The notes beneath the pieces are model-generated. The model made no database searches. It was not told the DNA's origin and saw only the letters and a list, made by a program, of their open reading frames with translations. The translations under genes and the position numbers were made by a program. DNA of 64,000 nt. Source: Candidatus Eiseniibacteriota bacterium (GTDB taxonomy: Bacteria; Eisenbacteria; RBG-16-71-46). Below, piece after piece: positions 29,169-39,451 of the stretch. The DNA is taken from contig JANLWX010000065.1 of the NCBI GenBank assembly GCA_031364845.1, positions 39,665-103,664 of the forward strand. Direction: 5' to 3'. Each line of letters opens with the position of its first letter. Positions within the stretch are counted from its first letter, which is position 1.

Positions 29169-31259
29169 CTACTTGATCGCGAACGTGCCCGAACGCACTC
29201 GGCTGTTGCCCGCGCGATCCGTGGCGACGACGCTGTATTGATGGGTGCCGGACGGGGGCCGCTTCAGCGGGCGCCAGCGGAGCACGCCGGCCTCCGAGTC
29301 CCACTCCGCCGCCACGCGTTTGCCGTCGACGATGAAGTACGAACCGCGCGCGTCGACACCGCTGCCGCCTTCCGCCAGCGCGGCCTCGATCGCCCAGCGC
29401 GGATAGACTTCGTGCTTAGGAACGCGCGGAGCCGCGCGCAATGTGATGCGTGGCGCGAGCGTGTCGCTCAGGATCGCGAACCAGCCCAGCGAACGCGTCG
29501 ATGCCGTGAGCCGCCCGCGCGCGGCGTCTTCTTCGGAGGCGACCCACGACCAGCCGTCACCGTCGTTGCGGTAGAGCCCGGCGTGCGGCGTGCCCGAAGG
29601 CGGCCGCGCGATGTCGAGCGCGATCGAGCGGCGCAACACCTGGGTCTTCGGACCGAGGTGGCCCAGCCGCCGCACGATGGCGAGTTCCGCGGGCGGCACC
29701 GGAGCACGGCTCACGGTGTCGCGGGCGATGATCGGGCCGTCGAACGCCGCACCACGCTCGATGCGCCAGCGCAACGCGGAGGTACTCGTGCTGTCGCCGC
29801 CGCCCGACGAGACCGTGATCGCGGGGCCGCGTCCTTCCCAGGCGCGGCCTTGCGCATCGATGCCGCGCGCGATGAACGCTCCATCGGCGGCAACGCCTTC
29901 GCCCCACGGAAGCACCGCGGTCCACGCGCGTGCGCGAAGCGAAGCGGTCCGCGCGCGGGCGTCGATCGTGTTCCACCCGAGCACGATCTCTCGAACGCCG
30001 TCGGGGATGCCTTCGCAGCGAACGCGCAGGTCGTAGTTCGGAAGCACCGTGAGCTCGAAGACGAGCGCGGCGCCGGATGTCACCGCCGCACCGGCCGGCA
30101 CCGCGGCCGGCGTGCGTGCGGCGGCCGCGCGGATCGTGATCGCGCGCTCGGTGCCATGGCCGGCAGCATCACGCGCAATCAGTCGCAACGTACGCGGCGC
30201 ATCCTCCGGACGAACGAAGATCGTGCCGGCCTCATCCGCGAGCGGAGCCTCGGTGCGCATCACGCGCGGCCGGAACCCGGCCGGAGCCCACAGCACGATC
30301 CCCTTGTCGCCGATCACGCGGCCCGCGTCGTAGACGTAGTCGCTCTCCGACATGTCGGTCGCCCACGACACGCTGTCGAAGCGGCACTCGGTTTCTCGAC
30401 CGTCCCACACCATCGATGTGGACCACGGCACCATGCGATCCACACCCGCCCACACACCGTCGCGCGAGTCCACGATCGCGCGCACGCGCCCATGCACCGC
30501 GAGCGTTTCGGCTCTCGCGCCGAGCGACACCGTGACCGGACCGCTATGACCCTCGACATGGCTGATGTCGTCGAGCGGCTCCAGCGTGACGCGCGCGATC
30601 GTGGGCGCGCTCGCATCCTTCACCGTGAGCCCGGCCCGCTGCGGGTGATACGTCATGTCGCCGCGGCGGATCTCGAAGTGCATGTGCGGGCCGCCGGCGC
30701 CGCTGTTGCCCGACCACGCGATGCGCTCGCCGGCCCTCATCGGAAACCGCCCGGCCGCCGGCCACAGATCCTGCTCGTACTGTCCGGAGGAGTCCTGCAT
30801 GAACGCGGCATACGCGGCGACCGCACCCGTGAACGCGTCGAGGTGACCGAACTGCAGCAGTCGTCCGTCGCGCGCGCGCAGGTAGAGTGATCGGCCATAG
30901 CCGACGCCCGACGTGCGGATGCGCTCGATATGACCCGAGAGCGGCGCATACACCGGTGCGCCGATGTGGCCACCGGTGCTGAAGTCGAAGCCCGCATGAA
31001 AGTGCCCGATGCGATACTCGCAATAGCCGCCGGTGATGCCGAGCGACGGGGCGAGCGGGCCGCGCACGAGCGGGGAATCGAAACGCGGGGCAGGCGTGAG
31101 TGCTGGCGCGGCTTTGGAAACAGGCGCCGGTTGAGCCGCCGTTGCCTCGTGGAGGATGCCGCTGGCGACGATCACGGCGACGATCATCAGGAGGAAGCGC
31201 GCGATTCCCCGCACGCCTGTGGTGCTGTCGATCCGTCGCGTGCGCGTGGCCATTTCCAT
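29169..31259 (-). CDS. M23-family metallopeptidase
   Basis: 'HFHAGFDF' (HxxxD), 'GYGR..Y', 'GHL', 'GNSG..GPHMHFE'. N-terminal TM/signal segment. Confidence 0.85.
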   Translation of the reverse strand: MEMATRTRRIDSTTGVRGIARFLLMIVAVIVASGILHEATAAQPAPVSKAAPALTPAPRFDSPLVRGPLAPSLGITGGYCEYRIGHFHAGFDFSTGGHIGAPVYAPLSGHIERIRTSGVGYGRSLYLRARDGRLLQFGHLDAFTGAVAAYAAFMQDSSGQYEQDLWPAAGRFPMRAGERIAWSGNSGAGGPHMHFEIRRGDMTYHPQRAGLTVKDASAPTIARVTLEPLDDISHVEGHSGPVTVSLGARAETLAVHGRVRAIVDSRDGVWAGVDRMVPWSTSMVWDGRETECRFDSVSWATDMSESDYVYDAGRVIGDKGIVLWAPAGFRPRVMRTEAPLADEAGTIFVRPEDAPRTLRLIARDAAGHGTERAITIRAAAARTPAAVPAGAAVTSGAALVFELTVLPNYDLRVRCEGIPDGVREIVLGWNTIDARARTASLRARAWTAVLPWGEGVAADGAFIARGIDAQGRAWEGRGPAITVSSGGGDSTSTSALRWRIERGAAFDGPIIARDTVSRAPVPPAELAIVRRLGHLGPKTQVLRRSIALDIARPPSGTPHAGLYRNDGDGWSWVASEEDAARGRLTASTRSLGWFAILSDTLAPRITLRAAPRVPKHEVYPRWAIEAALAEGGSGVDARGSYFIVDGKRVAAEWDSEAGVLRWRPLKRPPSGTHQYSVVATDRAGNSRVRSGTFAIK

Positions 31260-31349
31260 TGCCGGTCGTCCTCTTCTTGAGTCCTTCATTCGTCAGAACC
31301 ATCGCGGCGCGAGCTTGAAGTGGCTGGCTGAGTGTCGCACATTCCGCCC

Positions 31350-32342
31350 ATGCCTCTCATCGTGCCGACCCGCATCCTGCTTCGCAGGGCCGCACTTCTC
31401 GTTTCCGGACTCGTGCTGGCGCTGGCCGGGTGCGCCAAAGTGCGCGAAGAGCCGGCTCCGCAGACTCCGGACAGTGCGGTCGTGGTTCCGGGGCCCGACA
31501 CGATCGCGCGCGACACCGTCGTCATCCCCGCGTTCGAGCCGCGCTACGGGCGCTTCGCGGTCCAAAGGCCCAAGCGTCTGAGCGCGCTGCTCGATTCGAT
31601 CGGCCCGGCGAACACGTTCGAAGTGCTGAAGCTCAACCGCGTCGACCTCGCGCACATTCGCGACCGCGACTCGCTCGTGGTGCCCGAGGCGTTCGGCGAC
31701 TCACTGGACTTCGCACCGTTCCCGCGCGCGATCGCGGCACTGCGCGATTCGGCGAAAGTGCTGCTGATCTCGCTGCGCGTTCAGGCCTTCGCCGCTTACG
31801 ACAGCGGCCAGCTCCGGCGCTGGGGGCCGACCAGCACCGGGCGCCGCGACATGCCGACGCCGACCGGGCTCTACCACACCAACTGGAAAGACAAGTCGCG
31901 CATCAGCACGTTCGACGACGAGTGGAAGCTCGAGTGGTACGTCAACCTCGACAACTTCCAGGGCGTGTCGCTGCACGAATACGAACTGCCCGGCTACCCC
32001 GCGAGCCACTCGTGCGTTCGGCTGCTCGAAGCCGACGCGATCTGGATGTACTCATGGGCTGAGCAATGGCGGCTCGCGGCGGACCGCCGTGTGATCGCGC
32101 GCGAAGGCACGCCGGCGGTCGTGTTCGGATCCTGGGCGTGGGGCGAGCGTCCGCCGTGGAAGCGGCTGCCCGAGGATTCGCTCGCGACCACGATCCTCGC
32201 GACGGAGATCGACGACGCGTTGAAGATCCTGAACGATCGCGTGCGGCCGGTGTACCCGCCGAAGCAGGCGCGGATCGTTTCGGTGTCGGGGGATTCGCTG
32301 GGGAGGAAGGCGGCGCCGGCGGATACGGGGGGCGGTCGCTGA
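31350..32342 (+). CDS. L,D-transpeptidase lipoprotein
   Basis: Lipobox 'LAGC', 'STG....PTPTG', 'LH.Y.LPGYPASHSCVRL'. Confidence 0.88.
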   Translation: MPLIVPTRILLRRAALLVSGLVLALAGCAKVREEPAPQTPDSAVVVPGPDTIARDTVVIPAFEPRYGRFAVQRPKRLSALLDSIGPANTFEVLKLNRVDLAHIRDRDSLVVPEAFGDSLDFAPFPRAIAALRDSAKVLLISLRVQAFAAYDSGQLRRWGPTSTGRRDMPTPTGLYHTNWKDKSRISTFDDEWKLEWYVNLDNFQGVSLHEYELPGYPASHSCVRLLEADAIWMYSWAEQWRLAADRRVIAREGTPAVVFGSWAWGERPPWKRLPEDSLATTILATEIDDALKILNDRVRPVYPPKQARIVSVSGDSLGRKAAPADTGGGR

Positions 32343-32386
32343 CGCGCAAAACGCATAGTGGCGTCGCCGCGCCACATGGCAGCGGC

Positions 32387-33124
32387 TTACGCTTGCAAGT
32401 CGAGACTGACCGCGGACCGCGGGGCGAAGTGCCGATCGTAGAGGTCTTTGTCGAAGTAGGTGGCTGATGAGACAGACTCAAGAGGCAGGACTAGCTGAAA
32501 GTGTGCGGGTTCCGTTTTCAGTTTCTGTCCCCTTGACGCTTGAGAGGTCAGGTCCAGATAGACCGGTGCATAGTCAGTGGTCCATCTGATCGCAAGATCA
32601 TCGGTGCTCCGGTAACCGGAGAGGGTCGGGAAGATGACCAGATAGGTAGGTTTGCGAAGTTGCGGGGGAGTGTAGATCCACCCGACGTAAACCTTTCTCG
32701 TGTTCAGAGTCAGCATCACCGCGCGCTTCTCAATGTGGGCGTCCATGAGAAGGCTTCTCAGACTGCCCCCATGATGCTTCGTTGCGAGGGCCAATGAGCG
32801 CTCCTTTGACCAGATCGCGTTCACGATTGCCGCGACCAAAACGCCGAGCAAGGATGATGCAATGATTGACCCGGCGAACGGCTCCCGATCGAGGAAATTC
32901 GGGATGGGCTGGAAGAACGGCCTCAAGGATTCAGGGATTGATCCGACGAGAGGCGTAATCAATCGGGTCACGCCGAAGAGGACAAGGCCCGCGGCGGTTG
33001 ATTCGAAGATGTTCTGCTGCCATTCGAGCGCATCCCAGCGAAAGCTGGTCTTGTGACAGCAGTGTCGCAATAGGACGTAGCCGATGACGCTGAGGACAAC
33101 AACGAGAACAGCGCCTCCACTCAT
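32387..33124 (-). CDS. Hypothetical membrane protein (about 3 TM + soluble C-domain)
   Basis: 245 aa. Motifs 'TLNTRKVYVGWI' and 'P.LSGYR....L....T.Y' resemble a prophage/island membrane family (recalled as YmfE-like, unverified). Confidence 0.7.
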   Translation of the reverse strand: MSGGAVLVVVLSVIGYVLLRHCCHKTSFRWDALEWQQNIFESTAAGLVLFGVTRLITPLVGSIPESLRPFFQPIPNFLDREPFAGSIIASSLLGVLVAAIVNAIWSKERSLALATKHHGGSLRSLLMDAHIEKRAVMLTLNTRKVYVGWIYTPPQLRKPTYLVIFPTLSGYRSTDDLAIRWTTDYAPVYLDLTSQASRGQKLKTEPAHFQLVLPLESVSSATYFDKDLYDRHFAPRSAVSLDLQA

Positions 33125-33336
33125 TTCGATGAATGCTCGGCGGCGCTCCCATTCGAGTCGCGGTCTCTGGCAATGTCTTCTCGGATCTTGGCGATGTCCT
33201 CCAAGTGACGCTTCGCGGACTCGCTACCGATGATGGACATCGGATCGACGATTCTGCGGCCGTCGGGCATGATCTCGATCACCCGGGGTTCCCGGTCACC
33301 CTGGTCGGTCGGCGGTGCACTTCTATCGTGAGTCAT
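33121..33336 (-). CDS. Small hypothetical protein coupled to the membrane protein
   Basis: 71 aa, GGAGG SD, ATGA overlap with the downstream gene. Confidence 0.65.
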   Translation of the reverse strand: MTHDRSAPPTDQGDREPRVIEIMPDGRRIVDPMSIIGSESAKRHLEDIAKIREDIARDRDSNGSAAEHSSK

Positions 33337-33480
33337 GGTGCCTCCTGCATTGATCCTGTTGGGTCGCCAGAGTAGCGCTTCGACTCCTGTCAGATGTCAG
33401 GTAGCAGGCGTTCAGGTGGAACGAGCGATGACAGGTTTGGAAACGAAGTGTGTTGGCCAGCCCAGACCTCACTTCCTCTG

Positions 33481-35553
33481 TCAGCCCATCAAATCGTCCA
33501 GAAACTCAGACCCAGGCTCCACCGCGGTCACCAGAAGTTGATCCCGCGCCCGCGTGCAGGCGACGTACAGCAAATGCCGTTCCGTGTTGTAGACCTCTTC
33601 GAGGTCAGCATCGTCGGCTACGCTTGAGATGCGCGCCTGCAAGGGAACGATCTCATCGTCGCAGGCCATTACGGCGACGGCTCGGAATTCCAGGCCCTTT
33701 GCCAGTGGCATCGTGCCGAGCGAAATGTGCCCACTCACCGTCTCGACTCGCTCGTCCAACACCGTGAACCGCAGGCCAGCGGTTTCGACCGCGCCCCGCG
33801 CACGCACCAACTCTGAATCGGACCGCACAAAGACCACGATCTCATGGAGCGCCACGCCTTCATCGCGGCGGGCGATCAGCCACGTTCGGACGGCGTCGAT
33901 CTCCGCGGCCTCAGTCCCAAAGGTCTGGATCACAGGGGCCGGTCCGTTGAACACCGAGATCGTCCCGCTGCGCGACTCGGTGTTGCCGTCGACATCCGTG
34001 ACTTCCTTGCCCATCAGTCGGTCGGCCTGGGTTCGGATCTGGTGTGAGGTCCGGTAGTTGACGCGCAGCGTGCCCGAACGGCCGCGGATATCGACGCCGA
34101 GCGACTTCCATGAGAACGGCAACTGAAAGATGCGCTGGCCCAGGTCTCCCGCGAAGAACAGGCTGTCGGGTCGGCCGGCGCCGAGCGCCGCCACGAAGCG
34201 AAGCTGGGCCACGCCTACATCCTGCGCTTCGTCGACCACCACGAAGTCATAGGGCGGTCGGTTGCCGTGGGACAGGTGTGCGGCGAGCCGGCTGTACATC
34301 TCGGCCTGTGTGGCGAGGCCCCTTTCGCTCAAGGCCGCGCGCACGGGCTCGAAGATCGACCACAACGCCTGCCGCTGCTTTTCAGGGAGGCGGGTCTTGC
34401 GCCCCAGGCGCGCGACGTCGCGATACGCTTCCCAGGAATCGAGCTGCCACTCGTCGACGATATCGCCCCATTCGGAGACCAGAAACGGGAGCGAGAACTT
34501 CTGTTCTGCGATGTCACGCGCAGCGTCGCGGACGATGCCGTGCACAATCTCTCGCGATGCGATCGCCGCACGTCCCGGCAGTCTCCCGTAAAGGCGACGA
34601 GCCACAATGTCGAGGGCGTCGACCTCGATGCGTTCGGCAAGCCTGGGCTCGGTGCCGATCAATCGCTTGAGCTTGGTCCGAAGCGCGCTCGCCAGTGTCT
34701 CCGAGAATGTGGTCAGCAGCACTCGGGCATCGGGGTTCGCGCGCGCAAGGGCCACCGCGCGATGGAGCGCCACGATGGTCTTTCCGGTCCCGGCCGACCC
34801 CGAGACGCGTGCCGGACCGCCGAACCGCTTCTCCACCAGCTCGCGCTGGGAGGGGTGAAGAAAGACCGTCCACTTGTCCCACGGGTACTCGAGTGCGCGG
34901 GTCAGCTCTTCGACATCGCTCATCACGCGGAAGCGGCGCTGAGCGTCGGGATGCTCGAACGGACTCTGAGTCGCCGCGATCGGCTGCCTCGGTCGCGGCC
35001 GGCCACCGGTCGCCAACTCGAGCAGCGCTTCCGCCGCCTCGTCCGGCAAGTGCTCCACAAGCGTGAGCACGCTGTCCTCGGTCGCCGTGCGCGTATCTGC
35101 AAGCCACTCGGAAGGAACGCCAAAGCTCAGCAACTCGTCGTCCGACATCGCGGCGAACAGCGGCAGTTTCGCCGGCGCCACCCTCGGGGTCTCCACGTAA
35201 CTGGGAACGACGATTTCCTGCACCCGCTCGCGGATCTCGACGAGCTGGGCGGCGCCGGTCCTGGGGTGCGTTTCGAGTCGGCGGCGCTCGGCCCAAGCGT
35301 ACGCGCCGTCGTGGTGATCGACGTAGCACAGCAGCAGGCTTCCGGCGGTCTTGTGGACGATCAGGCGGATGTCGCTGCTCACCCGCACCGACCAGAAGTT
35401 CTTGTCCTTCGCCTTGTCGAGCTTGTGAAAGCTCATGCCGGGGTTCGCCGGATTGATCTGCAGGTCGAAGGCCGTCGTCTTGGTGGCCTTCTGTTCGTCT
35501 GCGCTCAGGCGAGCAAGGCTATCGGTGAAGGTGTCGGCGATGCGGAATTCCAT
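33481..35553 (-). CDS. UvrD-like SF1 helicase with N-terminal RelE-like domain
   Basis: N-terminal 'NPGMSFHKL......FWSVRV..DIRLIV...YVDHHD.AY.WA'. Helicase motifs 'GSAGTGKT', 'VVDEAQD', 'GD..QRI', 'NYRT', 'KGLEF', 'LLYVACTRAR'. Confidence 0.9.
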   Translation of the reverse strand: MEFRIADTFTDSLARLSADEQKATKTTAFDLQINPANPGMSFHKLDKAKDKNFWSVRVSSDIRLIVHKTAGSLLLCYVDHHDGAYAWAERRRLETHPRTGAAQLVEIRERVQEIVVPSYVETPRVAPAKLPLFAAMSDDELLSFGVPSEWLADTRTATEDSVLTLVEHLPDEAAEALLELATGGRPRPRQPIAATQSPFEHPDAQRRFRVMSDVEELTRALEYPWDKWTVFLHPSQRELVEKRFGGPARVSGSAGTGKTIVALHRAVALARANPDARVLLTTFSETLASALRTKLKRLIGTEPRLAERIEVDALDIVARRLYGRLPGRAAIASREIVHGIVRDAARDIAEQKFSLPFLVSEWGDIVDEWQLDSWEAYRDVARLGRKTRLPEKQRQALWSIFEPVRAALSERGLATQAEMYSRLAAHLSHGNRPPYDFVVVDEAQDVGVAQLRFVAALGAGRPDSLFFAGDLGQRIFQLPFSWKSLGVDIRGRSGTLRVNYRTSHQIRTQADRLMGKEVTDVDGNTESRSGTISVFNGPAPVIQTFGTEAAEIDAVRTWLIARRDEGVALHEIVVFVRSDSELVRARGAVETAGLRFTVLDERVETVSGHISLGTMPLAKGLEFRAVAVMACDDEIVPLQARISSVADDADLEEVYNTERHLLYVACTRARDQLLVTAVEPGSEFLDDLMG

Positions 35554-35602
35554 GGGGGGCGCGTTGCTCCGGTCCAAGGTCCTGCAAGCTAAACCGCCTG
35601 CC

Positions 35603-36445
35603 TCATCGAGCCCACATCACCTTCAGTTGACCGAAGCTCACGGGGGCAACCGTGGTTTCGGTCGTTGGCGCGTACACGAGCACGCGCGAGTTTGATAGCA
35701 CGTAGACCTCGCCGGCGTCGCTAACCGCAACATCGCGCGCAGCGACATCCCATCCGGTCACAAACTTGTCTCCCACGTACTGCTCCACTCGGGCTCTATC
35801 GCAAATGAATACGGACCCTGCCGGGCCTACTGCAACCCCCACCACGTCGGAGCCCGGCATTCGGTACTCGCCGGAGTTCGCTCCGTCTGAATTGAACCTG
35901 TGCACCCACCCAGGCCCGTCATTCCCGCCACCGAGGCCGGCAACGTAGACAGACCCATCGGCGCCAACCGTAATATCAAGTCCATTCTCAAAAGATCCGA
36001 ACGTAAGTGGATTCGCGTTGTCATGACCGAGGCGGCTGATCGTGCGGTAACCGCTTGGACCATCAGCCATCGCATAGATGTTGCCGGACGCGTCGACGCC
36101 GACCCCGCTGTCATGGAAGCCGTCCCCGTCCGCATCCTCCGCCCAAGCATCCAACACTGTGCCCAGTGCATCGAGCTTCCTGATTTCTCCGGCGTTCACG
36201 TAAATGTATCCATTTCCATCCACGGCAAGGCTCGGGCCATCTTGCGCCTCGGCGGCAATTGAGCCGAGGGCGGAGCCGGTGGTCGAAAACAGATCGACCG
36301 CGGGTGCGTTGAGGACGTAGACCATAGTGCCTCTGACTGCGATCGCCGTTCCTACGGCGTTCCATTGGCGAACGAGTTGGTACGTCTCGGCCGAAGCAGG
36401 AGGCGAAAGCAGAGTGGCCAAGGCAAGAAGCACGAGAGTGCGCAT
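35603..36445 (-). CDS. Secreted NHL/beta-propeller-like protein
   Basis: Signal peptide 'MRTLVLLALATLLSPPASA'. Repeats 'AVD.NG.IYV', 'VDASGNIY', 'VG.DGSVYV'. C-terminal 'VSFGQLKVMWAR'. Confidence 0.75.
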   Translation of the reverse strand: MRTLVLLALATLLSPPASAETYQLVRQWNAVGTAIAVRGTMVYVLNAPAVDLFSTTGSALGSIAAEAQDGPSLAVDGNGYIYVNAGEIRKLDALGTVLDAWAEDADGDGFHDSGVGVDASGNIYAMADGPSGYRTISRLGHDNANPLTFGSFENGLDITVGADGSVYVAGLGGGNDGPGWVHRFNSDGANSGEYRMPGSDVVGVAVGPAGSVFICDRARVEQYVGDKFVTGWDVAARDVAVSDAGEVYVLSNSRVLVYAPTTETTVAPVSFGQLKVMWAR

Positions 36446-36608
36446 CGTTTCTCCGGCGATAAGGTGTCGGCAATGGCTACGGTTTTCGTTGTCTGCGAAG
36501 CATAAGCACTGCACCACGCATGCAACGTGCCCGTCCGACTTAGGCAATCCGCCTAATTTGCCTAAACTCCCTCAAACTGGCCGCCCGACGACTCCTTGCT
36601 CTCGCTGT

Positions 36609-39449
36609 TTACACCCGGAACACCTTCATCACCTCATCGCCGAGGTGGTTGATCACTTTGACCGCGATGCGTCCGGACTTGGGCTTGGGGAACGCCCGCG
36701 ACGTATCGCTGTGCAGCGTGGCCCAGGCGTCAGCGTCGATCTCCGCCTTGAGCGTGGTCTTGAGCGATCCGTACGGATCGTTGGCGCCGAGGAAGTAGGC
36801 GTGGCGCACGAAGAAGCTCTCTTCGTTGTAGTCGGTGTCGATGAACCAGCACGCGATGCCGTCCGGTCCGTCGCTGCGGACTTCGCCCGTGTTCGGGTGA
36901 AACACGTCCACGCCGTTCACCTTGACCCTCACGCGGTCGTCCTCGGCGGGGAGGAGGCTGATGTCGGGTTCCCCGAAGATGACGAACAGGTTGCCCTTGC
37001 CCGTGTTCTTGAGGTCCTCCGACATGTGGAGGTCGGCGTTCATGCGCGCTTTGAGCACCGGAATGCGTCCGAGTTTGCTGAACTCGGTGGCGTGAGCTTC
37101 GTAGTTGAAGGCACAGGCGATCAGCACATCGAAGTCGGCGTCGCCGGCTTCACGGGCGGCAGCGACCAGATCGGGACGGGTGACCGTTCCGAACTCGGGG
37201 CCGATGAAGATCGCTGCGCGCTTCTCGGTACCGGATTCCTCGCTGCCCTCCATGTACCGACCTTCGGCGCAGACCAGTTCGCCGGGCCATGGGCTTAGAG
37301 CGGTGAAGCTGATCCGATCTTCCTTGTGCGCCTGCTGCACGCCGGCGGCCTTCAGATTCTCGAGGATCATCTGCGGGAAGGTTTGCTTGGCTGCGTAGTC
37401 GGTGGAGCCATCGGTGACCCGATCGATCAGTTCGTCATTCTCGTCCACTCCGAGTACGCGATGCGGCGACAGGCTCTCGACCGTGAATGGGCCCGCGACG
37501 CGGACCTTCTTGCTGTCAGTGTAGGGCTTGTCGAAGAGGTTCTCGTATTCCGCCTTCGCGGCGATGGACGCGTCGATTTCCTTCTGGCGTGCGATGCGCG
37601 CCTGCCACCAGTCGGCGTGGAGCTTCTTCGCGGCGTCGGGCCACTTGGGATCGGTCTCGCGCGGGAGTTCCCACTCCTGCCACGTCTGCTTGAGAGCGGT
37701 GTTGAGTTGCTCGCGAATCGGTTCGAGCGTTGCCTGCCACTTCTCCCAGATGACGTCGATCTCTGCGTTGTTGGCGATGGACTTGAGCGTGATGTGCGGC
37801 ACGCGCTCGTATACGAAGCCCTGACGAATGTTGCCGCGGGCTGGCTGTGATGAGGGCATGGAGCCGGTGACATCTGCCTCTTTGAGCTGGCCTTCGCGCG
37901 AGTCGGCGAGCAGGTAGTACGGATAGCGGGCGCCCATGACCCTTGCGCGAGCGAGCGCGAGCGCAACGCGCGAGGTGTCAATGGTAATCCAGCGGCGCCC
38001 CCACTGCTCGGCGACGGTGCAGGACGTGCCTGAGCCGCAGGTCGGATCGAGCACAAGGTCGCCGGGGTCCGTGGCCATCAGGAGGCAGCGCTGAACAACC
38101 TTTGAACTAGTCTGGACTACATAAACTTTCTCCTCGGCGCGACTGCTCAACAAGACGTCATCCCAAGAATTGCCAATTGGAGTAACCGAGAAGTCGTCAA
38201 AAAACCGTACATAGGAGAGTTGCTTGCCACGCGGTTCAAGTCGACCAGCTCTTAGCAGCTTTCCCATTCCGGCAATCGTGGTCTTCCAATGGGAGCTTGC
38301 GTTCGGTTGATATGAAGCGCCGAAGGCATGGAAAGGAACAGACAGGCTTTCGGAATACCCTGTCGAGATAATGTTGTCTTGCCGATAAAAGCGGGCGATT
38401 GTGAGGTTGTCCGTGTCAGCTCCCGCTTCATCGTTTGTCGAGAGAGAGCGGCGTGTCCCGTCAGGAAGTTCAATGCGTTTGTATTCACTCTTGCCTCCAA
38501 ACTCCTTGACTCGCATTGGCTGGCGATACTTAACTCTCGAAAGATCTCTCGCATACCATATGACATAATCGAAGAGGTCGCCGATCACGTTGGTTTTCGC
38601 TTCCGGGCTACTCACTGCGGATGTCTTGATGAAGGCCATCTGCGCGGCAAAATTCGCATCCCCAAACACCTCATCCATCACCGCCCGGACGCGGTGGACA
38701 TTTTCATCGCCGATCTGCACGAAGATGGAGCCGGACTCGGTGAGGAGATCGCGGGCGACGGTGAGCCGATCCCGTAGGTAGGTGAGGTAGCTGTGGATGC
38801 CGTCGCGCCAAGTGTCCCGAAACGCCTTCACCTGCTCCGGCTCCCGCGTGATGTGCCCCGCGTTGCCGTCCTTCACGTCGCGACTCGTCGTGCTCCACTG
38901 GAAATTGCTGTTGAACTTGATCCCGTAAGGTGGATCGAAGTAGATGCACTGAACCTTACCGCGTAGCCCTTCGCGCTCCGCAAGACTCGCCATCACCTGA
39001 AGCGAGTCGCCGAGGATCATGCGGTTCGACCAGTTCTGGTCGTGCTGGTAGAACTCGGTCTTGTCCACACCGCTCGGGATGCCGTTGAAGTCGGCGAACA
39101 AATCGGCCGCAATCTCGCCGGCGGCATGCTGACTCTCTCGGGTTTGTCGCAGCAGATCATCGATCAGCGCCTTGGGATGGACCTTCTCCTGGATATAGAG
39201 CGGCGGAGCGTGAACGACGAGGTCGCTCCAGTCCTGCACGTCCTTGCCACGCCACACGAGCTGCGGGTCGAGATCGCGATTGCGCCGCTCGTAAGCGACG
39301 CGTATTGGATCCTGCGCCTGCTTCTCGAGCACCGACTGGTATTCCGCGGTCGGAATGTTCTTCCGTGTCGCTTCGTCGTGACGCAGCGCCTCGACACTCT
39401 TCTGGCTCACCGTCTTCGGCGCCTTCGCAGTCTTCGTCGTCTTCGCCAT
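36609..39449 (-). CDS. Type III-like site-specific adenine DNA methyltransferase (Mod)
   Basis: 'NRMILGDSL', 'YFDPPYG' (DPPY), then TRD, then 'VLDPTCGSGT' (beta-class order). 946 aa. Confidence 0.92.
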   Translation of the reverse strand: MAKTTKTAKAPKTVSQKSVEALRHDEATRKNIPTAEYQSVLEKQAQDPIRVAYERRNRDLDPQLVWRGKDVQDWSDLVVHAPPLYIQEKVHPKALIDDLLRQTRESQHAAGEIAADLFADFNGIPSGVDKTEFYQHDQNWSNRMILGDSLQVMASLAEREGLRGKVQCIYFDPPYGIKFNSNFQWSTTSRDVKDGNAGHITREPEQVKAFRDTWRDGIHSYLTYLRDRLTVARDLLTESGSIFVQIGDENVHRVRAVMDEVFGDANFAAQMAFIKTSAVSSPEAKTNVIGDLFDYVIWYARDLSRVKYRQPMRVKEFGGKSEYKRIELPDGTRRSLSTNDEAGADTDNLTIARFYRQDNIISTGYSESLSVPFHAFGASYQPNASSHWKTTIAGMGKLLRAGRLEPRGKQLSYVRFFDDFSVTPIGNSWDDVLLSSRAEEKVYVVQTSSKVVQRCLLMATDPGDLVLDPTCGSGTSCTVAEQWGRRWITIDTSRVALALARARVMGARYPYYLLADSREGQLKEADVTGSMPSSQPARGNIRQGFVYERVPHITLKSIANNAEIDVIWEKWQATLEPIREQLNTALKQTWQEWELPRETDPKWPDAAKKLHADWWQARIARQKEIDASIAAKAEYENLFDKPYTDSKKVRVAGPFTVESLSPHRVLGVDENDELIDRVTDGSTDYAAKQTFPQMILENLKAAGVQQAHKEDRISFTALSPWPGELVCAEGRYMEGSEESGTEKRAAIFIGPEFGTVTRPDLVAAAREAGDADFDVLIACAFNYEAHATEFSKLGRIPVLKARMNADLHMSEDLKNTGKGNLFVIFGEPDISLLPAEDDRVRVKVNGVDVFHPNTGEVRSDGPDGIACWFIDTDYNEESFFVRHAYFLGANDPYGSLKTTLKAEIDADAWATLHSDTSRAFPKPKSGRIAVKVINHLGDEVMKVFRV

Positions 39450-39451
39450 AC

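Noticed and set aside
36540..36566. TTAGGCAA...TTGCCTAA inverted repeat resembling an integron attC
   Set aside because: No RYYYAAC/GTTRRRY core pair, no second copy and no integron integrase. It may simply be an operator or hairpin.
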